A stretch of DNA of 64,000 bases from Alphaproteobacteria bacterium (GTDB taxonomy: Bacteria; Pseudomonadota; Alphaproteobacteria; RF32; CAG-239), in the NCBI GenBank assembly GCA_045577985.1, contig JAZNJJ010000024.1:82041-146040 (forward strand), in the 5' to 3' direction. A model generated the notes under the pieces. The model was not told the origin of the DNA. It worked only from the letters and a program-made list of their open reading frames with translations, and did not search any database. Positions 11,541-21,215 of the stretch are shown here, piece by piece. Both the position numbers and the translations under genes were made by a program. Each line of letters begins with the position of its first letter. The first letter of the stretch is position 1.

Positions 11541-14018
11541 ATGTCAGGTAATGCCAGATATAATGGAAAAAATAGTTTTGATGAATGGCGTGAAGATTGG
11601 AAAATAGAGGATAGATATAATTTTAGAGCTATTGAGGAAAAATGGCAGAAAATTTGGGACGAGGAAAAGGCATATAAAGTTGAATTAGATACTAATAAAC
11701 CAAAGTTTTATGCTCTTGTGGAATTTCCATATCCATCTGGAGCAGGTCTGCATGTTGGACACCCTCGTTCATATACGGCATTAGATGTAATTTCTCGTAA
11801 GAAAAGAATGCAAGGATATAATGTTTTGTATCCAATGGGTTTTGATGCTTTTGGTTTACCTGCAGAAAATTATGCTATTAAAACAGGTGTTCATCCAGCA
11901 ATTTCAACAGAAGAAAATATAAAGAATTTTACGAGACAATTGAAGTCAATAGGTTTCAGTTTTGATTGGGATAGATGTATATCAACGTGTGATCCAGAAT
12001 ATTATAAATGGACACAGTGGATGTTTTTGAAGTTTTATGAAAAAGGATTGGCTTATAAATCAAAAATTGCTATTAACTGGTGTCCTAGTTGTAAAGTTGG
12101 ATTGGCTAATGAAGAAGTTGTTAATGGATGTTGTGAAAGATGTGGAGCGCAAGTTGTTCGCAAAGATAAAGAACAATGGATGATTGCTATTACAAAATAT
12201 GCAGATAGACTTATTGATGATTTGAACAATGTTGATTTTATTGATAGAGTTAAATCACAACAAATAAATTGGATTGGTCGCTCTGAAGGTGCAGAGCTTG
12301 ATTTTGAAATCACTGATAACAATGGCAATTCTTTAGGTAAAAATTTAAAAGTATTTACAACAAGAATTGATACTGCTTTTGGTGTAACATATATGGTTAT
12401 GGCTCCAGAACATGCATATGTTACTGAATTGAAAGATAGATTTGAAAATATTGATGAAATAAATAATTATGTTATTGAAGCGTCTAAAAAATCTGATTTA
12501 CAAAGAACAGCTAATGACTCTAAAACAGGTGTTGAGTTAAAAGGAATAAAAGCAAAGAATCCATTTAATGGAAAACTTATTCCTATATTTATTTCTGATT
12601 ATGTTTTAACAGGTTATGGAACTGGTGCAATTATGGCTGTTCCTGCTCATGATCAAAGAGATTATGATTTTGCCAAAGCTTTTAATTTACCAATTATTCA
12701 AGTGCTAGATGGTGGAGATATATCTGAAAAAGCATTTGAAGAAGATGGTCCTCATATTAACTCTGAATTCTTGAATGGGTTAGGTAAAGAAGATGGTATT
12801 AAAAAAGCTATTGAATATGCAAAAGAAAAAGGGATTGGAGAAGCTAAAGTAAACTTCAAACTACGTGACTGGGTATTCTCTCGTCAACGTTATTGGGGTG
12901 AACCTATTCCAATGGTGTATTGCAAACACTGTGGTTGGCAACCAATTCCAGAAACTCAATTACCATTAGAGCTTCCTGAAATATCTGATTTCTTACCAAA
13001 TGATGAGGGGGATTCACCTTTAGCTAAAGCCACAGACTGGGTTAATACAACTTGTCCTAAATGTGGAAAGGAAGCTAAAAGAGAAACAGATGTTATGCCA
13101 AACTGGGCAGGGTCTTCTTGGTATTTCTTGAGATATTGCGACCCACATAACGATAAAGAATTTGCATCTAAAGAAGCTCTTGATTATTGGATGAATGTTG
13201 ATTGGTATAATGGTGGAATGGAACACACAACACTGCACTTATTATATTCTCGTTTTTGGCATAAATTCTTGTATGATTGTGGATATGTTCCAACACCAGA
13301 ACCATATAATAAACGTACATCTCATGGGATGATTCTAGCATCAAATGGTGAAAAAATGTCAAAATCTCGAGGGAATGTTGTTAATCCAGATGATATTGTT
13401 GAAACTTTTGGTGCGGATACTTTTCGCTTATATGAAATGTTTATAGGGCCTTTTGATCAAGTAGCAATGTGGTCTGAAGAAAGTTTAAATGGAGTATATC
13501 GTTTTGTAAGTAAAGTATATGCTTTATTTAAAAAAACATTTGATGTTGAAATGTCTGATAAAGATTTGAGAGCTATGCATAAATGTATTATTGAAGTAAC
13601 GGAAAGAATTGATCAGATGAAATTTAATACAGCTGTTTCTTCTTTAATGACCTATGTAAATTATTTATCAGATATGGAAAAAGTGCCGGCAGAAATGTAT
13701 GCAACATTATTGAAATTACTTAGTCCTTTTACACCACATTTATCAGAAGAAATGTGGGCAAGGTTAGGTTTTCAAACGCTTGTTGTTGCAGAAGAATGGC
13801 CTGTTGGAGATCCAAAGCTTGCTGAAGATAATGTTGTTACTTTAGCAGTTCAAATAAATGGTAAAATGCGAGGAACTATTACTGTAGCTAAAGATGCTTC
13901 TAAAGAACAAATGGAAGCTGAAGCTCTGAGATTAGATAATGTTTCTCGTCAGATTGCTGATAAAACTTTGAAAAAAGTAATTGTTGTTCCAGGTAGGATT
14001 GTTAACATTGTTGTATGA
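11541..14018 (+). CDS. leuS: leucine--tRNA ligase
   Basis: HVGH (HIGH-class) and KMSKS motifs; 825-aa bacterial-type LeuRS. Confidence 0.95.
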   Translation: MSGNARYNGKNSFDEWREDWKIEDRYNFRAIEEKWQKIWDEEKAYKVELDTNKPKFYALVEFPYPSGAGLHVGHPRSYTALDVISRKKRMQGYNVLYPMGFDAFGLPAENYAIKTGVHPAISTEENIKNFTRQLKSIGFSFDWDRCISTCDPEYYKWTQWMFLKFYEKGLAYKSKIAINWCPSCKVGLANEEVVNGCCERCGAQVVRKDKEQWMIAITKYADRLIDDLNNVDFIDRVKSQQINWIGRSEGAELDFEITDNNGNSLGKNLKVFTTRIDTAFGVTYMVMAPEHAYVTELKDRFENIDEINNYVIEASKKSDLQRTANDSKTGVELKGIKAKNPFNGKLIPIFISDYVLTGYGTGAIMAVPAHDQRDYDFAKAFNLPIIQVLDGGDISEKAFEEDGPHINSEFLNGLGKEDGIKKAIEYAKEKGIGEAKVNFKLRDWVFSRQRYWGEPIPMVYCKHCGWQPIPETQLPLELPEISDFLPNDEGDSPLAKATDWVNTTCPKCGKEAKRETDVMPNWAGSSWYFLRYCDPHNDKEFASKEALDYWMNVDWYNGGMEHTTLHLLYSRFWHKFLYDCGYVPTPEPYNKRTSHGMILASNGEKMSKSRGNVVNPDDIVETFGADTFRLYEMFIGPFDQVAMWSEESLNGVYRFVSKVYALFKKTFDVEMSDKDLRAMHKCIIEVTERIDQMKFNTAVSSLMTYVNYLSDMEKVPAEMYATLLKLLSPFTPHLSEEMWARLGFQTLVVAEEWPVGDPKLAEDNVVTLAVQINGKMRGTITVAKDASKEQMEAEALRLDNVSRQIADKTLKKVIVVPGRIVNIVV

Positions 14019-14574
14019 TAAAAAAAATTTTGTAATTATCTTATTGTTATTGATAATTTCATCTTGTGGATTTGAACCATTATATGTTGAGAGAACATCT
14101 GATGGTGGAACGTGGTTTTATGATAATGAATATGATAATGATATCGTTAAAGAGATGGCTCAAATAAAAATAGAAGCAGTTTCTGATAGAATTGGTCAGA
14201 TGATTAAAAATGAATTAATCGATTCATTTAGTCCTTATGGTGAAAGTAAGCAAGCAAAATATTTTTTGAAAATACAACCTGTTAGTAAACATATTGTGCA
14301 ACAAGCCCTTAGAGATGATATAACAGCTACCCGTGAAAAAGTTAAGTATTCTGTTAATTATTCTTTATGGAGTAATGATAAAGGACAATTAGTGAGTGGA
14401 AATACTTGGATTTATTTGAGTTATGATCTTTTAGATAACCCTTATTCAACAACAATGGATAAAAAGAAAGTTGAGAAAGATGGTGCTAAAATTATTGCAA
14501 ATGATATTGCTTTAAGAATTGGTGCTTATTTTCATTCAGTAAAAACAAATCGTGGAAATCCAGATGAATTTTAA
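13981..14574 (+). CDS. lptE: LPS-assembly lipoprotein LptE
   Basis: Lipobox IISSCG and the conserved leuS-lptE-holA gene order. Confidence 0.6.
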   Translation: MLFQVGLLTLLYDKKNFVIILLLLIISSCGFEPLYVERTSDGGTWFYDNEYDNDIVKEMAQIKIEAVSDRIGQMIKNELIDSFSPYGESKQAKYFLKIQPVSKHIVQQALRDDITATREKVKYSVNYSLWSNDKGQLVSGNTWIYLSYDLLDNPYSTTMDKKKVEKDGAKIIANDIALRIGAYFHSVKTNRGNPDEF

Positions 14575-15589
14575 ACCTGCACAAATGGAAAGTTATTTTA
14601 ATAGTCCTGGTATAGGGATTAAATGTATTGTCCTGTTTGGAAATAATGAGGGGGAAATAGCTTCTTTACAAAAGAAGTGTGCTGAAGCGGTTTGTGGGGA
14701 TGTAAAAGATGCTTTTAGATATACTTCTCTAGAAATGGAAAAAATTTCTAAGGACGGACAGGAGATATATGCCGAGTTTTTTGCTCAATCACTAATAGGT
14801 GGGCGTCGAGCTATAGTTGTGAAAAATATTGATAATACTTTGCTCACTATATTAAAAAATATGATACCAGAAACTAATTCTGAAAATCTTTTAATTTTAA
14901 CATCTTCTTCTTTGAATACAAAATCATCTTTGATTACTTGGGCAAAGGATAGAGATGATGTTATTATCGTTGGTTGTTATGAAGATAGAGAAGAAAATAT
15001 TGCTGACGCAGCTAACAAGATGCTAAAGGAATATGGTCTATCTGCAGATGTTCCTGTTTTGCAAGTTTTATGTTCTCGTCTATCTCCAGATAGAAAAGTT
15101 AGTCAGAGTGAAATTGATAAGTTGGCAATGTATATTGGAGATAGAAAAAATGTAGAGATTGAAGATGTTTTATCGGCTATCAGTGATGTGGCAGGGGCTT
15201 CATATGAGGATTTGTGCTATTATATAGCCGGTGGAGATGTTTTGAAATCTTGTAATATGTATAATCGTTTAATAAATGAAGGTGAAGAACCTGCAAGTAT
15301 AGTGCGACAAATATCATATCATTTTTTTAAGTTGCTAAGTTGTGTAGCAATATTAGAAAAAGGGGCTAGTATTGATGAAACTATTAGATCTTTACGCCCT
15401 CCGTTGATGTTTTATCGAAAAAAATCTTTTGAAATGCAGTTAAAAGTTTGGAATAAGGAGCGTCTATTTAGTGTTTTAAATATGCTGTATGAATGTGAAC
15501 GTGATTGTAAGTCTACAAACTTTCCTGCAGAGCAGTGTGTTAGCTATACTATAATGAGAATTAGCGGAGCCGTGAAAAAATTTCATTAA
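14552..15589 (+). CDS. holA: DNA polymerase III delta subunit
   Basis: Length of about 340 aa and conserved position after leuS-lptE; the clamp-loader delta fold is presumed from context. Confidence 0.6.
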   Translation: MEIQMNFKPAQMESYFNSPGIGIKCIVLFGNNEGEIASLQKKCAEAVCGDVKDAFRYTSLEMEKISKDGQEIYAEFFAQSLIGGRRAIVVKNIDNTLLTILKNMIPETNSENLLILTSSSLNTKSSLITWAKDRDDVIIVGCYEDREENIADAANKMLKEYGLSADVPVLQVLCSRLSPDRKVSQSEIDKLAMYIGDRKNVEIEDVLSAISDVAGASYEDLCYYIAGGDVLKSCNMYNRLINEGEEPASIVRQISYHFFKLLSCVAILEKGASIDETIRSLRPPLMFYRKKSFEMQLKVWNKERLFSVLNMLYECERDCKSTNFPAEQCVSYTIMRISGAVKKFH

Positions 15590-15605
15590 AGTTCAGATTA
15601 TTTTG

Positions 15606-15932
15606 TTATTTTTTATCTGCTGGATTAAAGATATTTAGTATATTTGATAATATTTTTCTGTTTTTTGTTGTTTTTGAATTTCTTGATACGTACTCTGCAT
15701 ATCCTGATGCACAACACACGCTACGATAGCGCATAGCTATTTTTTCATCAATAATTTCAGGTTTTTTTTGGATATATTCTACATATTCATTATGCAAAAC
15801 TTTGATGTTTTCAACGGTTTTGAAAGATGTATATATTTTTTTAGCATCACGTATAATGGTTTGATCTACTTTTCCTCCATTATCGTAGCTTTTATATCCT
15901 TTAAAATATTCATCAAAGTTTTTTATTGCCAT
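15606..15932 (-). CDS. hypothetical protein (108 aa)
   Basis: ORF with basic termini and no recognised domain. Confidence 0.4.
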   Translation of the reverse strand: MAIKNFDEYFKGYKSYDNGGKVDQTIIRDAKKIYTSFKTVENIKVLHNEYVEYIQKKPEIIDEKIAMRYRSVCCASGYAEYVSRNSKTTKNRKILSNILNIFNPADKK

Positions 15933-16016
15933 TTTAATTTCCTTATTTGTATTTTATATATATAATATTTTCAACAAAGAATCAAGAGATTATTTGTTGA
16001 AAATATTATAAAAGTA

Positions 16017-16046
16017 TACACTCCCATTATGGGAGTGTATTTTTTT
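16017..16046. terminator. hairpin tacactcccattatgggagtgta followed by a T-run; probable intrinsic terminator (bidirectional?)
   Basis: Perfect inverted repeat with a T7 tract immediately downstream of the stop of the 16062..17453 gene. Confidence 0.5.
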
Positions 16047-16061
16047 GTCGGGAGGACAAAA

Positions 16062-17453
16062 CTATTTTCCTGCCAGAATTGCTTCAAACAATTCGTGTAC
16101 ACTAGGAATATTGTTATTGGCATAGAGAGGATCTAATCCAAAATGATATACATTGTGTCCTGCAAATGCCAAATTATTTTCTACATCATCACCATGACCT
16201 ATTGCCATAAGTGTTTTATGAATGCAATATGTACGAGGGTCTGGAATTTTTCCTGTATTGCCATTAGCTCTAGACCAACTAGAAAATTGGCATTGAGATA
16301 AGCAACCAACGCATTCTGCTCTATCTTTTTGCATTTCCACCCACTCTGTTGGGGTTAGGAATACAAGAGTAGAATCTGGTGTTTCTTTTATAATACTGTA
16401 GCCTAGTTCTCGTTGATTTATTACGTGAGACATATCTTGTGATTTGATATAAACCGTTTTAACTGGAGATATCGGTAATTCTGTTGTCATCTCTTCATTC
16501 TTTTCAGAACTATATGGAATCTCATTTTCCTTACGATTTAATAAAGAACTTAAAAATTTATTTTTTATAGCGGAAGAATAAAATCCTGTAGGACTAAATT
16601 GTTGCAATACAACATCACCCTTTTTGGTATTTAACATTAATTTTTTCCATGCATCGCTAACAGGACTTTCTTTGGTAATCATTGGTCTTGTACCAAATTG
16701 AAAAGCTACATTTCCTAATTCTGGATTATCAATGTAATCTTGCCAATCGCTTAGGCTCCAAACGCCTCCAGCAATAATTATTGGTAGATTTGGTAATCCG
16801 ATACTGATTAATGCCTTTCTTAGTTCTACCAATCTTTCATATGGTCTTTGTGGTTCATTAGGATTTTCAGCGTTTGATAATCCATTGTGTCCACCTGCCA
16901 ACCAAGGATCTTCATAAACAACACCACCTAAAAATTCTACATAGTTTTTATAAGCTCGTTTCCATAAAACTTGGAGAGCTCTAGCAGATGAAACTATAGG
17001 ATAGTAATATACCCCATGAGATGAAGCAATTTCACCAAGATTGTAAGGCAATCCAGCTCCACAAGTTACTCCGTGAACAAGACCTTTAGCTCCATCTAAT
17101 ACACGGGTTATTACTTCTTGCGAATCGGCCATTTCCCACAGCATATTCATATGAATTCTACCGTTGTTACCTGCTATATCATGAGCAATTTGTGCTTGTG
17201 ATATTCCTCCTTTAACGGCATATTCCACCATCTCACGATGTCTGTTTTCTCTTAGTTTTTCTTGAAATATTTCAGGTATTATAGAACCATCTGTAGATAA
17301 AGCTGTGGCACTGACCATAGATATAGTACCAATACCACCTTCTTTTGCCCAATAGCCAGAGCTCTTACCATCAGTTCCGTTTATTCCTTTTCCTCCTTCT
17401 ATTAAAGGATAAACCATTGCTCCAGAAATATTTTGTTTGTTTATTATTTTCAT
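16062..17453 (-). CDS. nitronate monooxygenase (NMO/2-nitropropane dioxygenase)-family FMN TIM-barrel oxidoreductase with a Cys-containing C-terminal extension
   Basis: GGKGINGTDG... and PIIIAGGV motifs typical of the NMO/FabK/IMPDH-like barrel, plus an extra C-terminal region of about 120 aa containing CVGCLSQC. Confidence 0.65.
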   Translation of the reverse strand: MKIINKQNISGAMVYPLIEGGKGINGTDGKSSGYWAKEGGIGTISMVSATALSTDGSIIPEIFQEKLRENRHREMVEYAVKGGISQAQIAHDIAGNNGRIHMNMLWEMADSQEVITRVLDGAKGLVHGVTCGAGLPYNLGEIASSHGVYYYPIVSSARALQVLWKRAYKNYVEFLGGVVYEDPWLAGGHNGLSNAENPNEPQRPYERLVELRKALISIGLPNLPIIIAGGVWSLSDWQDYIDNPELGNVAFQFGTRPMITKESPVSDAWKKLMLNTKKGDVVLQQFSPTGFYSSAIKNKFLSSLLNRKENEIPYSSEKNEEMTTELPISPVKTVYIKSQDMSHVINQRELGYSIIKETPDSTLVFLTPTEWVEMQKDRAECVGCLSQCQFSSWSRANGNTGKIPDPRTYCIHKTLMAIGHGDDVENNLAFAGHNVYHFGLDPLYANNNIPSVHELFEAILAGK

Positions 17454-17558
17454 TGTATCCTCTTATATTATAATTCATAAAATATGATTATAATATTTTT
17501 CGTTAAAAGAAAAGTAGGCACTTATAAGTGGTATAGTTTCTCTGGAGATACTATAATG

Positions 17559-19025
17559 TTATTGAGCTAATTTAAGTGTATCTAGGGATATCTCGTTTTG
17601 TGAAATAAAAGCAATAATAATGCATATAATTGCGTATATTTTTAACATGCTCTGTAGGTTTATATTTTTTAAGTTCGGAAAATATTTTGTAAGAAAAGTG
17701 AGTATTTTGCTTATTCCTGATGTGCAAATAATTAAGATGATTATTTGGGCAAAAATACCAATATTTTGTAATAAGTGAGATATGGGAGAAATGATTTTAG
17801 ATAGGAATGTAAATATAATGATGTATAGTGCAAGAAACATATAATAGCTATAGAATAAGATATTATTTAATTGTTTTTTCTCTAACTCTTTTTTCTGTAT
17901 ATTTTGTATGGATAATGTTTTTATATCTACTCCTCTAATTGTTTGGGGTTCTTCTTGTTGTTTTTTGAAGTTGTTAATTTTGTTTTTGAATTTTTCGTTG
18001 ATTATACATAAGCCACATCCTTTCGGGGTGAAATATGCATGATTAGCATCCTTTTTACATTGTTTAAGATGCTTTAAGATGTATTCTAATTGATTTTGCC
18101 ATTCAATTGCTGTAGGTCGTTCATTTCCCTTAACAAAGGCTCTTTCAAATAAGCTCATTGTTTTTTTATCAAAATAATCGTGCATACTATAAGGATGTGG
18201 TGCTTGATATGTGTCAGGCCATATTCCGTAAGCATAATGATTGTTTATAATCCGCTCTTGGATTGATAACATATTTTCATTTTTTCTAGGTATTCCTGAA
18301 AATGGATGTATTCCGTCATTTAATAATTTAAATATAATTACGGCAAGAGCAAATTTATCTTGTTCTTCGCCCATTTCTTCACAATTTTGTTGCATACCTT
18401 CTGGATAGATATATTCTTCACTAACGTATTCTGCAGGATATCTTGAGTGTTCTTCTCCATTGATAGAAAAGCCGTCACAGTCAAATAATGCCACAAGCAT
18501 AGTTTTTTTATATATAAATACATTGGATGGTTTTAAATCTACAACATAGTGATTACAAGCGTGTAAAGCGGCAACAACCGATGTTATGTTATACGCGGCA
18601 AAAATTCTATCAATATATTTTTCAGATAAATTCAGTTTTTTGCGAACAGCTTTTTGAATTAGATAATCTAGTGATATTGCTTCTTCTGTATCTATTTTAG
18701 GCATCAAATATCCAACACAAAATCCTTCATCATCTTCAAGTAATGCTGTCGGCCAAGCAATTTGAAAATACTCCTTTCCTTCATAAGGAATTGTTGGAAT
18801 ATTAGGTTTATTGAGGAGCATAGCTTCTAATTTTTTACGATTTGTTTCACTTTTATTTTTATCGTGAAATATTTTAGCTACACTATTTGGATGGCTATTA
18901 TCTATATATATTTTACCAGCAGCTCCTCCTTTATTTAGCAGAGATCCTAGTGTTATTTTTTCGTGATGTCCATCTGGGTATAGGGCATTATATGTAGATT
19001 CTTTGTTTGTCATAGTTTTGCCCAT
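17559..19025 (-). CDS. eukaryotic-like Ser/Thr protein kinase with a C-terminal multi-TM anchor
   Basis: Gly-rich loop GGAAGKIY, VAKIF (beta3 Lys), catalytic loop HYVVDLKPSN, a DFG-like FDCDGF, and three to four hydrophobic helices in the C-terminus. Confidence 0.75.
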   Translation of the reverse strand: MGKTMTNKESTYNALYPDGHHEKITLGSLLNKGGAAGKIYIDNSHPNSVAKIFHDKNKSETNRKKLEAMLLNKPNIPTIPYEGKEYFQIAWPTALLEDDEGFCVGYLMPKIDTEEAISLDYLIQKAVRKKLNLSEKYIDRIFAAYNITSVVAALHACNHYVVDLKPSNVFIYKKTMLVALFDCDGFSINGEEHSRYPAEYVSEEYIYPEGMQQNCEEMGEEQDKFALAVIIFKLLNDGIHPFSGIPRKNENMLSIQERIINNHYAYGIWPDTYQAPHPYSMHDYFDKKTMSLFERAFVKGNERPTAIEWQNQLEYILKHLKQCKKDANHAYFTPKGCGLCIINEKFKNKINNFKKQQEEPQTIRGVDIKTLSIQNIQKKELEKKQLNNILFYSYYMFLALYIIIFTFLSKIISPISHLLQNIGIFAQIIILIICTSGISKILTFLTKYFPNLKNINLQSMLKIYAIICIIIAFISQNEISLDTLKLAQ

Positions 19026-19777
19026 AAAATAGTTTTATCATCGGAGTTTATTCGTTGAGCCCTATTATTATTTAAGGTGTTTTTCAGAGCTTGTATTGCA
19101 TATGTTTTACGTTTTTCTTTTTCAAGATATTCAATAATAGGTATTAAGAATTTTTGATGAATTTTGAAATAATCATCAGAAAATGCAAAACTTGTTACAC
19201 CGTCTGTCATTAGCAATATTCTATTTGCGTTTTCAAAACTTTTAAATCTAAGACAATCTAGCCATTCGTCCATTGTATAAAAATAGGTTTCACAAGAAAA
19301 TGTTCCATTTTCTGGTTCAGAAACTATAAAATTATTGTACTCTCCTTTTTTGAAAGCTATTCCTGCACCATCTCCTATATGGAAAAACATTCCTTTGTTT
19401 TTATGATAAAATACACCTACAATTGTTGCCGAAAAATTAATTAAATCTAGTTGACTTTTACTTTTGTTATGTTTGTGTAAAATAAGTTTTTGACGGGCTA
19501 TTTTTATGGCATTTGATACGTCTTTTTTTATATTTTTTATATCTGAGTTAATCAATATATCACATAAGGTGTTACATATGATTTTTGCTCCGATTTTGCT
19601 ATACTTAGCGGAGCCTGCTCCATCGGATACAACAGCAACCAGTTTATTTTGATTTGTTTTAGAACAACTATAATCTTGGCAAGGTATAGATTTTGCTCTA
19701 TGCAATGCTCCTTTAACACTTGTCGATAATACTTGTATTTGCTGTTTGGGTTTCATTATTATTTCTTTTCGTTCCAA
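19010..19777 (-). CDS. PP2C-family Ser/Thr protein phosphatase
   Basis: PP2C-like metal-binding motifs VVSDGAGSA, HIGDGAG and LLMTDGV; 16-nt overlap with the kinase gene. Confidence 0.65.
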   Translation of the reverse strand: MERKEIIMKPKQQIQVLSTSVKGALHRAKSIPCQDYSCSKTNQNKLVAVVSDGAGSAKYSKIGAKIICNTLCDILINSDIKNIKKDVSNAIKIARQKLILHKHNKSKSQLDLINFSATIVGVFYHKNKGMFFHIGDGAGIAFKKGEYNNFIVSEPENGTFSCETYFYTMDEWLDCLRFKSFENANRILLMTDGVTSFAFSDDYFKIHQKFLIPIIEYLEKEKRKTYAIQALKNTLNNNRAQRINSDDKTILWAKL

Positions 19778-20442
19778 TCTGTTATATCATCAAGGTAGTG
19801 GTTGGCATTTGGGACAGCTTTTGAAATACAGGATACACTACGGCTTAACCATAAGAAAAATTCGGTAAATTTCAATCCAGTCAATCTTTTAGGTGGTAAA
19901 ATAGAAAATTTTGCTAATTTTTCTAAATTTGCACCTTGCGTTCCTATAGCGTGTATAACAACTTTTTTATTCTTTTGAGCATATATACATAATTCAGCAG
20001 AATCCTCCCAGCCATAATCTGTAGGTTCTCCATCACTAATCAAAAAAATCCAAGGACGTTTAGAAGTTATACCACAGCTGTCATATAAACATTTTTGTTC
20101 CTCTATTTTTTTTAGAGCAAGTTCCATTGCTTTTCCTAAAGGTGTTAATCCTCCTGCATCCATTTCTGGAGCTGAAAAATTCATTGCATCAGTCCAATCT
20201 GATGAAACTAATACTTCATCTTTACCAAAAGCTTTTATGATTAATATTTGAACTCTAGAGCTGGCATCAATGTCTTCTTTCAATTCTTGTTCAAGAGCCT
20301 GAAGACCTGCATTGAGTTGTTTTATTGCTTCTCCCCTCATTGATCCTGAACAATCTAGAACAAGAACACAGGGGGTTCTTTCATTAGCATTATCTGCAAA
20401 TTCTACATAAGGAATTATGTTATCTGTATCTTTTTTATTCAT
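19759..20442 (-). CDS. von Willebrand factor A (vWA) domain protein (TerY-like); start moved to the internal Met
   Basis: MIDAS motif LVLDCSGSM. The listed N-terminal extension (20443..20532) overlaps an upstream small lipoprotein ORF in another frame, and an AAGGAAA RBS sits 7 nt before the Met at 20442. Confidence 0.75.
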   Translation of the reverse strand: MNKKDTDNIIPYVEFADNANERTPCVLVLDCSGSMRGEAIKQLNAGLQALEQELKEDIDASSRVQILIIKAFGKDEVLVSSDWTDAMNFSAPEMDAGGLTPLGKAMELALKKIEEQKCLYDSCGITSKRPWIFLISDGEPTDYGWEDSAELCIYAQKNKKVVIHAIGTQGANLEKLAKFSILPPKRLTGLKFTEFFLWLSRSVSCISKAVPNANHYLDDITDWNEKK

Positions 20443-20449
20443 TTTATTT

Positions 20450-20587
20450 TCCTTAATATTTAGGGTATGAATGAGGATATTCACTACCAGGAATAGGAGA
20501 TGGTTCTGAGTATCTACCGCATGCGGATACATTTAATAAAATTCCTAGTATTAGTAATGTTACAATTATTTTATTTGTAGATTTCAT
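20450..20587 (-). CDS. small lipoprotein (45 aa), not in the supplied ORF track
   Basis: Translation MKSTNKIIVTLLILGILLNVSAC GRYSEPSPIPGSEYPHSYPKY has a signal peptide and lipobox VSAC. Its stop lies 8 nt before the vWA start. Confidence 0.4.
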
Positions 20588-20684
20588 TTGTTAACCTTTT
20601 TTTTGCTCTATTTGTGGTATTATATATCACATTGTATATGAAGATTAAAGAATATTTATGTTTTTATCAGAAAGTTATTAATGA

Positions 20685-21215
20685 ATGAATAAATTTTTTA
20701 AAATTGTTTGTATTTTATTGTTTTTATTGTTGGGAAATATTTCAAATGGAAATGCAGGTTTGAATATTTTTCCTCAACCAAGATATATTCCTAAGTTAAG
20801 TTTTTATGGGGATAGTGGAAAATCGTATACAGTTGATAATTTTAAATCTGATTTATTAATGGTGATGATTTGGTCAAGATATTGTGGACCATGTATTGGT
20901 GATATGAAGCATATGGATTCTTTTGCTCAAAAAATGAAAGATAAGGGAGTTAGAGTTATAATAATTTCTCCAGCTAGCGAATGGAAAAGTATTGATGAGC
21001 GTAGAACATTTTTAAAACGTATTGGCGCTCCTAATTTGGTTAGTTATTTAGATAAAAAGGCTAACTTTATGTTGGGGATGGGAGTTATGTCAACACCAAC
21101 TGTTATATTGATAAATAACCGTTCTGAAGAGGTTGGGCAAATATCAGGGTCTGTTGAATGGGATGAACCTGAAGTTATTGATTATATATTAAAATTGAAG
21201 AAAAGTTTATATTAA
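20685..21215 (+). CDS. thioredoxin-like thiol:disulfide oxidoreductase (TlpA/ResA/DsbE family)
   Basis: Signal peptide and WSRYCGPC (CxxC) thioredoxin-fold motif. Confidence 0.7.
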   Translation: MNKFFKIVCILLFLLLGNISNGNAGLNIFPQPRYIPKLSFYGDSGKSYTVDNFKSDLLMVMIWSRYCGPCIGDMKHMDSFAQKMKDKGVRVIIISPASEWKSIDERRTFLKRIGAPNLVSYLDKKANFMLGMGVMSTPTVILINNRSEEVGQISGSVEWDEPEVIDYILKLKKSLY

